A DNA stretch of 64,000 nt from Candidatus Nomurabacteria bacterium (GTDB lineage: Bacteria; Patescibacteriota; Minisyncoccia; Phycocordibacterales; UBA9973). The notes beneath the pieces were generated by a model. That model worked only from the letters and a program-made list of their open reading frames with translations, did no database searches and was not told the DNA's origin. Position 1 is the stretch's first letter. Each line of letters begins with the position of its first letter. Shown one piece after another: positions 20,257-29,708 of the stretch. The position numbers and the translations under genes were made by a program. The DNA is taken from assembly GCA_026395995.1 (NCBI GenBank), contig JAPLXQ010000011.1:4210-68209 (forward strand), written 5' to 3'.

Positions 20257-20940
20257 ATGAAAAAAATGTTTTCTATTACCGTTGCGATGTTATTCTTCGC
20301 TGTATTATTTAATTCTTGTGGTGAAAGTCAGTCTGGCCAAAGAGCAAAAGCTCGAAGAGCTAAAGCTGACAGTATTGCTACCGCACAACAACAACCGGTT
20401 ATTACCCCGGAGCCTGAAAAACCGGAACCTGCACCTGTGCCGGAAAAAGATGAATTTGTCTTCACCCCGACTGCAATTGCAGCCACTCCTGTGCAGGAAA
20501 ATCTAAAAGATAAATGTGGGGAGGGTCAATATTCTTGCCATACATTTTCTGTTGACTTTGTGTTAACAGATTCAACTGGAATGAAGTACTTTTTTTCGAT
20601 ATCTGAAAATGCCTCAAACGAAGTATCTAAAGAAGAAGTAACTTCTGGTGGAGAAGGAATAGGTTCTGATTATGATCAGGAGCATATGAAACTTGCTAAA
20701 AAAACTTATGCCGAAATGACAAGTCCAAATTTTGATTTTAAAAATTTCAAATTTGTTTATTACAAAAATTCTGGGATGTTGACGATTACTAAAATCATAC
20801 CAAATTCCGGTAAGAAAATTGGCAAAGTTGAAATTCTGGATGGTAAAGAAGAAAAACTTTATTCTGCCTCTTGCAGGGTAACACCAGCAGAGCAGAAGCT
20901 GTACAATCTTCAAAGCTATTCAGCTCTCGCTTCGAAGTAA
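20257..20940 (+). CDS. lipoprotein (hypothetical)
   Basis: Signal peptide with lipobox LFNSC; Pro/Glu-rich linker. Confidence 0.55.
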   Translation: MKKMFSITVAMLFFAVLFNSCGESQSGQRAKARRAKADSIATAQQQPVITPEPEKPEPAPVPEKDEFVFTPTAIAATPVQENLKDKCGEGQYSCHTFSVDFVLTDSTGMKYFFSISENASNEVSKEEVTSGGEGIGSDYDQEHMKLAKKTYAEMTSPNFDFKNFKFVYYKNSGMLTITKIIPNSGKKIGKVEILDGKEEKLYSASCRVTPAEQKLYNLQSYSALASK

Positions 20941-21041
20941 ATTTTTTAGTTTAAGTACCAGTCACCATTCTCGAGATTCGAGGATGGTGATTTTTTATTA
21001 AATACAACCCCTAAATCCCCTTATCAGGGGACTTTAAATGC

Positions 21042-21070
21042 TTGACTTTTGACTTTGGTTGTGCTATACT
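21042..21070 (+). promoter_or_regulatory. promoter TTGACTTTT-N-TGCTATACTT
   Basis: Family consensus; precedes leader copy 2. Confidence 0.55.
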
Positions 21071-21076
21071 TAGGAT

Positions 21077-21147
21077 AGTTTAAGGTTCGTTGAAAAAAGT
21101 TTTGATTGGTGACAAGAAGTCCTTTTGGGATTTGTTGTCACCAATTA
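21077..21147 (+). promoter_or_regulatory. conserved about 70 nt 5' leader element, copy 2
   Basis: Identical to 19058-19128. Confidence 0.5.
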
Positions 21148-21161
21148 AATTTAATATATAT

Positions 21162-22007
21162 ATGAAGAAAGTAGTTATGTTTGTGCTTTTGAGCACTATG
21201 AGTGTCGTTGGCCTTAGCCAAATTAAAGACATTAAAGTAAATGATCAAATTACCGTAGACCGTGTGTACGCAGGGATCATGTCTGGGAGTTATTTCAGCG
21301 TTGATAGCTTGAATATTGTCAGCTTCGTGGACTTACGTCTAGGAGCAATGGCGACTTACAAGCCAGCTAAATGGATATCAGTAAAAAGTTTTTGCGTGTA
21401 CAACATGCAAACAAAGACCGAACCATTTGGTATTATCCATTTTTGGGTAAAACTAAATCCGACTGAAAAATTTAGTCTGGAGGCTGGAAATATGGCGACA
21501 TTGCCGACAGAACAACGACCTCATCCTGTATCGGGAGACGGGCAATTTGAAACATTTGCAGAAGCTCAAATAGTCGGCATGGCATTAGGAGCAAAGATGA
21601 AGTACCAATTCAATCCAGATTTTAAAATCGGTGCTGGTATCGCTGATCGTAAGGGTCCAGAATATTCTGGTATGTTTAATTATAAAAAAATTACATTATC
21701 AGGCTGGTATACAGATAAGACACAAAAAGCTGGATCAGCTTTGACGCTTGATTTTGAAAGAATTTATTCTGTTTTAGTTTGGCGACAAGACCAGACTATT
21801 TCAAATATTTTCTGTTTTAAAATACCAAAGCATGAAACTCTTAGCTTGTATGCTGACGATGGCTACAATTTGGTCACCGGCGACCTGGTGAGAGGGGAAT
21901 ATGGAATCTTGAAAAATTTCAGCTCTACTCATTTCAGCGGATTGCTAGGTTTTGGTTATGTCACTGAGACGCGAAGTGTGGCAGGATATCTATTCCTGCA
22001 TTTATAG
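21162..22007 (+). CDS. secreted hypothetical protein (beta-rich)
   Basis: Start at MKKVVMFVLLSTMSVVGLSQ signal peptide; aromatic C-terminal residue, as in outer-membrane-like proteins. Confidence 0.5.
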   Translation: MKKVVMFVLLSTMSVVGLSQIKDIKVNDQITVDRVYAGIMSGSYFSVDSLNIVSFVDLRLGAMATYKPAKWISVKSFCVYNMQTKTEPFGIIHFWVKLNPTEKFSLEAGNMATLPTEQRPHPVSGDGQFETFAEAQIVGMALGAKMKYQFNPDFKIGAGIADRKGPEYSGMFNYKKITLSGWYTDKTQKAGSALTLDFERIYSVLVWRQDQTISNIFCFKIPKHETLSLYADDGYNLVTGDLVRGEYGILKNFSSTHFSGLLGFGYVTETRSVAGYLFLHL

Positions 22008-22070
22008 ACGTGAGCCTTAGGTTGTAATATACAACCTAAGGCTTTTTATTTTTTATAGTATAATAATAAT

Positions 22071-22463
22071 ATGGAAAAAATGTCAGAGAAAAAAAGATTT
22101 TCAATTGTGTCACGAGTAAAGAGCGCAAATCATGCTATGCGTGGTTTTATTATTTTATTAAAAACAGGACACAATTTTTGGATGCATATTTTTTTTACAG
22201 CACTGGCTGTATACCTAGGTTATATTTTAAATATTTCAGAAGCAGAATGGATTTTTATTGTTATCACTGTCGGCATAGTATTACTGGCTGAAGCTTTTAA
22301 TACAGCAATAGAAATAGATATAGATCTCACTAGCCCAAATTATCATCCCTATGCGAGAGATACAAAAGATGTCGCAGCAGCCTCTGTTATTATCTCTGTT
22401 TTAATCGCTTGCATTGTCGGTCTAATAATATTTCTACCAAAGATTTTTGCACTTTATTTTTAA
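22071..22463 (+). CDS. dgkA: diacylglycerol kinase / undecaprenol kinase family (DgkA)
   Basis: 130 aa; three TM helices; 'AEAFNTAIE' and 'KDVAAASV' match DgkA conserved motifs. Confidence 0.65.
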   Translation: MEKMSEKKRFSIVSRVKSANHAMRGFIILLKTGHNFWMHIFFTALAVYLGYILNISEAEWIFIVITVGIVLLAEAFNTAIEIDIDLTSPNYHPYARDTKDVAAASVIISVLIACIVGLIIFLPKIFALYF

Positions 22464-22598
22464 AATTTCCCCCTCTCTAAAATTTTAATTTTGGAGAGGG
22501 GGCTAGGGGGTGAGGTAGGATTTGCATTTTTTTTGCTTTGTGCTAATATGACTTGTAGCTCACTTCGAGCTTTTTATTTACTCGTTTATATATATTAC

Positions 22599-22943
22599 AT
22601 GACAAGATCACTCAAAAAAGGCGCATACGTGGATGAAGGACTGCTAAAGAAAATAGCAGGTAAAAGTCCGTTACAAACACCTATGATCAAGACTTGGAAA
22701 AGAGCCTCACAAATCTCACCAGAAATGGTCGGGTTTACTTTTGGTGTTCATAACGGTAAGACTCACGTAGAAGTCATCGTTTCTGAAGATATGGTAGGTC
22801 ACAGACTAGGAGAATTTTCACCTACAAAGAAATTTAGTAAACATGGAGGTAAAATGCAGAAAGAATTAGAACAAAAGAAGAAAGAGGCTGAAATAACACA
22901 AGCTAAGTCCGCTAGTGCCGCTTCTGATGCTAAAAAGAAATAA
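22599..22943 (+). CDS. rpsS: 30S ribosomal protein S19 (with Lys-rich C-terminal extension)
   Basis: MTRSLKKGAYVDEGLLKKI...GHRLGEFSPT canonical S19; start taken at the internal ATG. Confidence 0.93.
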   Translation: MTRSLKKGAYVDEGLLKKIAGKSPLQTPMIKTWKRASQISPEMVGFTFGVHNGKTHVEVIVSEDMVGHRLGEFSPTKKFSKHGGKMQKELEQKKKEAEITQAKSASAASDAKKK

Positions 22944-22955
22944 TTTAAATAATAT

Positions 22956-23417
22956 ATGAAAGCCTTTTTAAAAAATTACAGACAATCACCACGTAAAGTT
23001 CGCTTAGTAGCTACTCTATTAAAGGGTAAAACCGTTGCCCAAGCTATTGTCGAGCTTGATCACTTAGCAAAGCGTGCTGGTGAACCAATCCAAAAGCTTT
23101 TAATCTCAGCAGCTGCTAATGCAAAATCAAACTTTGGTTTTGAAAAAGAAAATTTAGTCGTGAAAGAATTGAGAGTAGACAAGGGTATTGTGATGAAGAG
23201 AATGATGCCTGCTGCCATGGGTAGTGGACATAAGATCAACAAGCGTACTAGTCACATCACAGTCTTGCTTGAAGAAAAAGGATCAGCTAAACCAAAACAC
23301 CAACACAAGAAAGATGCGAATATGTTAGGTAAAAAGAAGATTGTTGTAGAAGAAAAGGTTATAAAAGAGAAAAAAGTAGTAGCTAAAAAGGTAGCTAAGA
23401 AAGTAGTTAAAAAATAA
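22956..23417 (+). CDS. rplV: 50S ribosomal protein L22 (Lys-rich C-terminal tail)
   Basis: L22 sequence and operon position. Confidence 0.93.
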   Translation: MKAFLKNYRQSPRKVRLVATLLKGKTVAQAIVELDHLAKRAGEPIQKLLISAAANAKSNFGFEKENLVVKELRVDKGIVMKRMMPAAMGSGHKINKRTSHITVLLEEKGSAKPKHQHKKDANMLGKKKIVVEEKVIKEKKVVAKKVAKKVVKK

Positions 23418-23438
23418 TTATAATATACAAATAATAAA

Positions 23439-24113
23439 ATGAGTAAAATAGTTCACCCATATGCCCATAGACTAGTAATTCTCCGAGATTGGAAATCTCG
23501 CTGGTTTGCTGATGATAAAAAATATGTTGAATTCCTTAAGGGTGACGTTTTAGTTCGTGAATATTTGGAAAAGAAGCTTCGTGGTTTTTATATTTCTACT
23601 ATTGAAATCGAAAGAAACCAAAAATCAACACGTTTTATCATCAAGACTTCACGCCCAGGTTTGATAATCGGACGTACAGGTGAAGGTGCTGTAAAATTAA
23701 AGGCTGATATCTTGAAAAAGATGGATAAGCTTGGTATTTCACGCCCAGAAGATTTCAAGCTCGATATTATTGAAGTTCCAAACCCAGAAGCTGATGCAGC
23801 AATCGTAGCTTATATGGTAGCTGAAGGAATGGAAAAGAGAATGCCTTATCGTCGTGTCATCAAACAAATCATTGAAAAAGTTATGGCTACTCGTGGAGTA
23901 GAAGGAGCTAGAATAGTTTTATCAGGACGTCTCGGTGGAGCCGAAATCGCTCGTACGGAAGAGCTTAAGAAGGGTAGTATCCCACTTCAGACTTTCCGCG
24001 CGGACATTGATTTCAAACGAGAAAAGGCGCATTTACCTTATGGAGATGTCGGTATTAAAGTTTGGATATACCGTGGAGAAATATTTGCAGACAAGAAAGT
24101 AGAAAGTAAATAA
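23439..24113 (+). CDS. rpsC: 30S ribosomal protein S3
   Basis: KH-domain S3 sequence and operon position. Confidence 0.95.
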   Translation: MSKIVHPYAHRLVILRDWKSRWFADDKKYVEFLKGDVLVREYLEKKLRGFYISTIEIERNQKSTRFIIKTSRPGLIIGRTGEGAVKLKADILKKMDKLGISRPEDFKLDIIEVPNPEADAAIVAYMVAEGMEKRMPYRRVIKQIIEKVMATRGVEGARIVLSGRLGGAEIARTEELKKGSIPLQTFRADIDFKREKAHLPYGDVGIKVWIYRGEIFADKKVESK

Positions 24114-24130
24114 TTAATTAATAAAAATAT

Positions 24131-24559
24131 ATGTTAGTACCAAAGAAAGTAAAATTTAGAAAGTGGCATACAATGCGCCTTAACCCAAAGGCCATGACAG
24201 CCGAGACACGTGGCACAAAATTAGCCTTCGGTTCTTTTGGTTTGAAATCTGAAACTCAAGCTCGCGTCAAATCAAATCAAATTGAATCTGCTCGTAAAGC
24301 CATGAGTCGTGAACTTGGAAAAACTGGTAAATATTGGATTCGAATCTTTCCAGACCGACCTTTTACTGCTAAAGCTGCTGAAGTAGGTATGGGAAAGGGA
24401 AAAGGAGATCCACAAGGTTATTGTTTTGAAGTTTTCCCTGGACGTGTTATCTTTGAGGTTGATGGAGTCGATGAAGCTGTAGCCCGTGAAGCTCTCAGAA
24501 AAGCCGGAACAAAGCTTCCTTTAAAGACAAGAATAGTTTCAAGAGTACACAAACAATAA
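24131..24559 (+). CDS. rplP: 50S ribosomal protein L16
   Basis: L16 motifs and operon position. Confidence 0.95.
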   Translation: MLVPKKVKFRKWHTMRLNPKAMTAETRGTKLAFGSFGLKSETQARVKSNQIESARKAMSRELGKTGKYWIRIFPDRPFTAKAAEVGMGKGKGDPQGYCFEVFPGRVIFEVDGVDEAVAREALRKAGTKLPLKTRIVSRVHKQ

Positions 24560-24563
24560 TTAT

Positions 24564-24758
24564 ATGGCAAAAAAAATATTAGACAATTTAAAAGGAATGA
24601 AAGTTGAAGAATTGAAAAAGAATCTTTCAGAATTAAAAGAATCATTACGTGCGATTCGTTTCAAAGCTGAAGGTTCAAAATCAAAGAACGTCAAAGAACA
24701 AGCCGGTATCAAGAAAAGTATTGCCCGCATAATGACAGAGCTTACAGCAAAAAAATAG
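24564..24758 (+). CDS. rpmC: 50S ribosomal protein L29
   Basis: 64 aa; operon position. Confidence 0.9.
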   Translation: MAKKILDNLKGMKVEELKKNLSELKESLRAIRFKAEGSKSKNVKEQAGIKKSIARIMTELTAKK

Positions 24759-24777
24759 TTAAAATATTAAAACGATT

Positions 24778-25041
24778 ATGAAAACAATAAAAGATAAAAA
24801 AGAAATAGTAGCAAAAGGAAAAGTACTCAGTGGTACTGTTGTTTCCGACAAGATGGATAAAACTGTTGTTGTTTCAGTATCTCGTTTTATTAAACACCCT
24901 AAATACGGAAAATACTACACAGTCAGTAAGAAATACAAGGCTCATGATGAAAACAATGCTTCCAAGAAAGGGGACAAGGTAGATATCATAGAGACACGAC
25001 CAATTTCAAAAGATAAAAAGTTTAAAGTAGTAGCTAAGTAA
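24778..25041 (+). CDS. rpsQ: 30S ribosomal protein S17
   Basis: S17 OB-fold sequence; operon position. Confidence 0.93.
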   Translation: MKTIKDKKEIVAKGKVLSGTVVSDKMDKTVVVSVSRFIKHPKYGKYYTVSKKYKAHDENNASKKGDKVDIIETRPISKDKKFKVVAK

Positions 25042-25050
25042 TATAATTTT

Positions 25051-25422
25051 ATGATACAAACAGAAACATTAGTAAAAATAACAGATAATGGAGGAGGAAC
25101 AGTTGGAAAAGTTTTCAAGGTTCTTGGTTCTGCAAAAAAGCGTTATGCTTCACTCGGTGACCTAGTCATCATTTCTGTGAAAGTCGCTTCACCTCGTAAA
25201 GCTATCAAGAAGAAAGATGTCTGCCAGGCTGTAGTCGTACGTACTCGTGCTGCTTTCCGTCGTAAAGATGGTTCATACATTCGTTTTGATGATAATGCTG
25301 TTGTTATTTTAGAAAAAGGCAAGAAAGATCCAAAAGCTGGACGTGTATTCGGACCAATCCCTCGTGAGCTTGCTGAAAAAGGTTTCCAAAAGATTATTTC
25401 TTTAGCACCAGAAGTCATTTAA
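25051..25422 (+). CDS. rplN: 50S ribosomal protein L14
   Basis: MIQTETLVKITDNGG... is the canonical L14 N-terminus. Confidence 0.96.
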   Translation: MIQTETLVKITDNGGGTVGKVFKVLGSAKKRYASLGDLVIISVKVASPRKAIKKKDVCQAVVVRTRAAFRRKDGSYIRFDDNAVVILEKGKKDPKAGRVFGPIPRELAEKGFQKIISLAPEVI

Positions 25423-25428
25423 ATTAAT

Positions 25429-25463
25429 CACCTCACCCCAACCCTCTCCTGGAGAGGAGAGGG
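25429..25463. repeat. GC-rich palindromic repeat (CACCTCACCCCAACCCTCTCCT-ggag-AGGAGAGGG)
   Basis: Member of a family with copies at 14608, 28717, 39975, 51873, 61068, 61484 and 22469; this copy lies inside the spc operon between rplN and rplX. Confidence 0.85.
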
Positions 25464-25479
25464 AGAAGGAAAAAATATT

Positions 25480-25785
25480 ATGAAATTAAAAAAAGGAGAC
25501 AATGTAATAGTGATCACAGGTAAAGACAAAGGCAAGAAAGGTAAAATTGCTAGTGTTTTAGTCGAGAAAAATCGTGTGGTAGTAGAAGGTTTGAATATGA
25601 TGAAGAAGCATCAACGTCCTCGAAAATCAGGAGAAAAAGGACAAGTCATATCTGTATCTTTCCCTATGCATGCTTCAAATGTGATGATTTTAGATCCAAA
25701 ATCTGGTAAGCCATCAAAGATCGGCAAAAAGAAAGTAGGGGATAAAATGGTTCGTGTTGCAAAGAAGAGTGGTCAAGAAATTTAA
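25480..25785 (+). CDS. rplX: 50S ribosomal protein L24
   Basis: KOW-motif L24 sequence. Confidence 0.93.
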   Translation: MKLKKGDNVIVITGKDKGKKGKIASVLVEKNRVVVEGLNMMKKHQRPRKSGEKGQVISVSFPMHASNVMILDPKSGKPSKIGKKKVGDKMVRVAKKSGQEI

Positions 25786-25808
25786 TTAAAATAATACCTC
25801 ACTATATT

Positions 25809-26381
25809 ATGAAACATTTAACTGTAAAAGAAAAAGACGCATTATCATTCGAAAAGTTGAAAGGAACTTTTGGCTATAAGAACGTAAATGCAGCACCACA
25901 CTTGAAAAAAGTAGTTTTGAATGTGGGTACTGGAACAGCTATCAAGAAAGATAAAAATAAAAATACTTTCATCTCTGAGAGACTTATGAAAATCACAGGA
26001 CAAAAGCCTTCTATGCGTGGAGCAAAGCAATCTGTCGCTTCATTCAAAATCCGTCAAGGTGATCCTGTAGGAGTGATGGTGACTCTTCGTGGAGCTCGTA
26101 TGTACACTTTCCTTGAGAAATTAATCAATCTTTCACTTCCTCGTACAAAAGACTTCCGTGGTATTTCTCGCACAGTTGTCGATGATATTGGAAACATGAC
26201 TCTCGGTATCAAGGAACACACAATCTTCCCTGAGACAGCTGATGAAGATATCAAAGATGTATTCGGATTAGCTATCACTGTCGTCTCATCTGCTAAATCA
26301 AAGAAAGAAGGTTATGCTTTCTACGAATTGATTGGCGTACCATTCAAATCAGAAGAAGACAGTAAGAAAAAGAAAAAATAA
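25809..26381 (+). CDS. rplE: 50S ribosomal protein L5
   Basis: Canonical L5 sequence. Confidence 0.95.
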   Translation: MKHLTVKEKDALSFEKLKGTFGYKNVNAAPHLKKVVLNVGTGTAIKKDKNKNTFISERLMKITGQKPSMRGAKQSVASFKIRQGDPVGVMVTLRGARMYTFLEKLINLSLPRTKDFRGISRTVVDDIGNMTLGIKEHTIFPETADEDIKDVFGLAITVVSSAKSKKEGYAFYELIGVPFKSEEDSKKKKK

Positions 26382-26506
26382 AAAACTTTAAACCTAGAAA
26401 AACACCCTATAATAGGGTGTTTTTCTTTTATCCATTGTTGGGTTGACTTTTTAAAAGATATATGATATCATCCAATTAGATAAACGTTTTTTAAATTTTA
26501 TGAGCG

Positions 26507-26917
26507 ATGGATATTATTATTAGAATTATATGTTTTTTTATTGGTCTTGTTTTGGATATATTGGCCATTGTTTCTTATTTTCTTCCTTGGTTCACAGGAA
26601 TAGCCATAGGCTATGGATTAATAAGTCATAATGGGTTGTATATAGCTATTGGATTTGCATTAATAGTCGTTAACGCGACACTTGTATATCTTTATAATAA
26701 AAAAAGCAAACAACTTCGTTGGATAAGCTACATTTCAATATTTTCTTCTTTATTTCTTTCTTATGATTTCCTTTATTTTTTCTGGGAAGTCAACAAGGGT
26801 TTACCTGTAAAAAAAGAAGAATTCGAAATGTTCTATAACTCTGTGCAATATTTTTGCATAATAGGAAGCATAATAGCATTCACTCAACATTTTTTCAAAA
26901 TAGAAACACCCGAATAA
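26507..26917 (+). CDS. membrane hypothetical protein inserted between rplE and rpsN
   Basis: Four predicted TM helices; flanked by near-identical terminator hairpins at 26403-26428 and 26903-26928. Confidence 0.4.
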   Translation: MDIIIRIICFFIGLVLDILAIVSYFLPWFTGIAIGYGLISHNGLYIAIGFALIVVNATLVYLYNKKSKQLRWISYISIFSSLFLSYDFLYFFWEVNKGLPVKKEEFEMFYNSVQYFCIIGSIIAFTQHFFKIETPE

Positions 26918-27024
26918 TGGGTGTTTTTTATTTGACTTCGTAGGGGTCTTAATATAATATACTGTGTAAGCTAGTTCTTTGTTCAATCAAAGGCAAAAAG
27001 AGTAATAATCTTAAATTAATTACG

Positions 27025-27315
27025 ATGATACAACTAACAAGTTTTGTATTTGCCGTAATTCATTTTACGGTTGTACCCTTATTTACAGAAAATTACTTTG
27101 CTCTCTCGAGAGTAAAGACTGAAGTTGCCACTACTCCATTCATACTGGAAGTAGAACAAGATATTTTGTTAGTTTTCTTTACGAAAAATAATGAAACTTT
27201 TTTTAAAGTAAAAAACAGTATTGTTGATAATTCACGTTCAGAAAGAAAGCTATTTAATCAGTTTTCTTATGAACACAGTATGATGTTATTATTTTATCCT
27301 ACTGGATTTACTTAG
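27025..27315 (+). CDS. hypothetical small protein
   Basis: ORF only; weak support. Confidence 0.25.
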   Translation: MIQLTSFVFAVIHFTVVPLFTENYFALSRVKTEVATTPFILEVEQDILLVFFTKNNETFFKVKNSIVDNSRSERKLFNQFSYEHSMMLLFYPTGFT

Positions 27316-27411
27316 CAATTTAGATACCGAATTGTAACCAGAAAAACATTTTTAAACTTAAAAGCATGCCCGATTCCGAGCATGCTTTTTTATTTTGTCC
27401 TAATCTATAAT

Positions 27412-27442
27412 TTGACTATTTAAACCCGTTCTGCTAGTATAG
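27412..27442 (+). promoter_or_regulatory. promoter TTGACT-N17-TAGTAT with TCTGCTAGTATAGG box (upstream of rpsN)
   Basis: Same box as at 14668-14681 and 39410-39423. Confidence 0.5.
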
Positions 27443-27579
27443 GATGCATAGGGAATAGGGCTTTGTTTAATCCACTTTTCTCCTTTATTTTCCGTCTTTT
27501 CCCCTGATAAGGGGAGCTAGAGGGGTTTTAAAGAAAACAAGTGTGATATTAACTAAGTAAAAATTCCTTCAATTATTAT

Positions 27580-27765
27580 ATGGCAAAAACATCCGTCGTT
27601 GCACGATCAAAAAAGACACCAAAATTTTCAACTCGACAAAAAAATCGATGTTTTCGTTGTGGCCGTGGAAATGGCTATATGAGAGATTTCGGTATTTGTC
27701 GTATTTGTTTCCGTGAATTAGCAAACGAAGGTATGATGCCTGGGGTTCGTAAATCAAGTTGGTAA
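27580..27765 (+). CDS. rpsN: 30S ribosomal protein S14 type Z (zinc-binding)
   Basis: 61 aa; CxxC...CxxC; canonical S14-Z sequence ([10 protein letters not shown]...CFRCGR...CRICFRELA). Confidence 0.95.
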   Translation: MAKTSVVARSKKTPKFSTRQKNRCFRCGRGNGYMRDFGICRICFRELANEGMMPGVRKSSW

Positions 27766-27775
27766 TATAAAATAT

Positions 27776-28162
27776 ATGGATCAAATTTCAAACATGATAA
27801 TAATGATGAAGAATGCAAGTACAGCCGGACTTCCGACTACTGCTTTTCCATATTCAAAAATGAAGCACGCTATTGCTGATTGTTTAAAGAAAGAAGGTTA
27901 TATCGCTGGTATCTCAAAGAAAATGAGAAAGTCAGTTCCTGTTCTTGAAGTTGAATTAGTTTACGTTAATGGAGTTCCAAAGATTCATGATGTAGAAAGA
28001 ATTTCAAAGCAATCACGCCGAGTATATATGGGAGCTTCAGAAATCAGACCAATCAAAAATAATTTCGGCTTATTAGTGCTTTCAACACCAAAAGGAATTT
28101 TATCAGGTAAAGATGCAAAGAAAGAACTCGTAGGAGGGGAGGCTTTGTTTAAAATTTGGTAA
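27776..28162 (+). CDS. rpsH: 30S ribosomal protein S8
   Basis: S8 sequence; operon position. Confidence 0.94.
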   Translation: MDQISNMIIMMKNASTAGLPTTAFPYSKMKHAIADCLKKEGYIAGISKKMRKSVPVLEVELVYVNGVPKIHDVERISKQSRRVYMGASEIRPIKNNFGLLVLSTPKGILSGKDAKKELVGGEALFKIW

Positions 28163-28175
28163 ATAGAATAATTAT

Positions 28176-28709
28176 ATGAGTAGAATAGGAAAACAAGAAA
28201 TATTAATACCAGCAGGAGTCGAAGTCAAAAAAGATGGGTTTGTTTTGACTGTCAAAGGACCAAAAGGAACTTTAACTAAAAACTTCCGTGATGATATTAC
28301 TATTACAATTACAGACAAAATCATCACTCTTGCTCTAAATAGAAACGATAAATTCTCAAAATCTCTATGGGGTACTTATGCTTCACACATCAAAAATATG
28401 ATTGCTGGAGTACAAACACCTTACGTCAAAAAGCTTATCCTTGAAGGAGTCGGTTTCAAATCAGAAGTAAAGGGTAAAGATTTACACTTAGCTCTTGGTT
28501 TTTCTCACCCAGTCATCGTAGCTATTCCAGAAGGTTTGACAGTCACAGCCGAAAAGAACAACCTTACTTTTACAGGTATTGATAAAGAGACAGTCGGAGC
28601 TTTCACTGCACAAGTTCGTAGTTTGAAAAAGCCAGAGCCTTACAAGGGTAAAGGTTTCCGATATGACACAGAAGTTATCCGAAGAAAACAAGGTAAGAAG
28701 ACAGCATAG
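28176..28709 (+). CDS. rplF: 50S ribosomal protein L6
   Basis: MSRIGKQEILIPAGVEVK is the canonical L6 start. Confidence 0.95.
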   Translation: MSRIGKQEILIPAGVEVKKDGFVLTVKGPKGTLTKNFRDDITITITDKIITLALNRNDKFSKSLWGTYASHIKNMIAGVQTPYVKKLILEGVGFKSEVKGKDLHLALGFSHPVIVAIPEGLTVTAEKNNLTFTGIDKETVGAFTAQVRSLKKPEPYKGKGFRYDTEVIRRKQGKKTA

Positions 28710-28716
28710 TAACTAA

Positions 28717-28749
28717 CCTCACCCTGACCCTCTCCTGAAGAGGAGAGGG
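28717..28749. repeat. GC-rich palindromic repeat (CCTCACCCTGACCCTCTCCT-gaag-AGGAGAGGG)
   Basis: Family member between rplF and rplR. Confidence 0.85.
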
Positions 28750-28765
28750 AAAATGAAAAAAATTT

Positions 28766-29110
28766 ATGATACAAAATAAAACAGAAAAAAGAATAAGACT
28801 AAAGGCAAAGATCAGAGCAAAGATCAGTGGAACACCAGAATGTCCACGTCTTTCAGTTTTTCGTTCAAACAAATTTATCTATGCTCAAATTATTGATGAC
28901 ACGACAGCTACTACACTCGCTTCTGCTAGTGATATGAAGATTACAAAAGGCACAAAGACTGTCCGTGCACAAGAAGTAGGAAAGATGATAGCAACTGAAG
29001 CTAAGGCTAAAAAAATCGAAACAGTTGTGTTTGATAGAAATGGTTTTAAATATACAGGTCGCATTAAAGTAGTCGCTGACTCAGCAAGAGAAGGCGGACT
29101 TAAATTCTAA
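28766..29110 (+). CDS. rplR: 50S ribosomal protein L18
   Basis: L18 sequence; operon position. Confidence 0.93.
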   Translation: MIQNKTEKRIRLKAKIRAKISGTPECPRLSVFRSNKFIYAQIIDDTTATTLASASDMKITKGTKTVRAQEVGKMIATEAKAKKIETVVFDRNGFKYTGRIKVVADSAREGGLKF

Positions 29111-29118
29111 TAAATTTT

Positions 29119-29691
29119 ATGGAAACTAAAGATACACCACAAAGAAATACAAATACTCGAGGAGGTCGCCGACCAAGTTCTTTTGATAGACCAAAGCCTG
29201 AATTTGATCAAAAGATTTTAGATATTCGTCGTGTTACTCGTGTCGTAGCTGGAGGACGTCGCTTCTCTTTCTCTGTAGCACTCGTAGCAGGGGACAAAAA
29301 AGGTTCTGTAGGATTCGGACTTGGAAAATCAGGAGACACTTCAATGGCTATCAACAAAGCTCTTCGAAACGCAAAGAAGAATATGATCAAGTTAAAATTA
29401 ACAAAATCTTCTTCTATCCCTCATGAAGTTTCTGCAAAATTCTCATCTTCACAAGTAAAAATAATGCCAAACCACGGTCGTGGAATGGTCGCAGGTTCTG
29501 TTGTTCGTGATATTTTAAATATTGCTGGTGTTAAAGACATTACTGCAAAAATGCACTCTGGAACAAAAAATAAATTAAATAATGCTAAAGTAGTCATCCT
29601 CGCATTATCCCAAGTAGCTGTAAAAACACCAAGATTTACAATAGAAGCTGAAGCCCCAGTAGCGTTAACAGCTAAGCCAGTTTTAAATTAG
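29119..29691 (+). CDS. rpsE: 30S ribosomal protein S5
   Basis: S5 sequence (dsRBD plus S5 C-domain). Confidence 0.95.
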   Translation: METKDTPQRNTNTRGGRRPSSFDRPKPEFDQKILDIRRVTRVVAGGRRFSFSVALVAGDKKGSVGFGLGKSGDTSMAINKALRNAKKNMIKLKLTKSSSIPHEVSAKFSSSQVKIMPNHGRGMVAGSVVRDILNIAGVKDITAKMHSGTKNKLNNAKVVILALSQVAVKTPRFTIEAEAPVALTAKPVLN

Positions 29692-29708
29692 TCTTTAATT
29701 AAAATTAT

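Noticed and set aside
22491-22598. N-terminal extension of the rpsS ORF
   Set aside because: It is the translation of a GC-rich palindromic repeat (22469-22520). S19 starts at the conserved MTRSLKKG.
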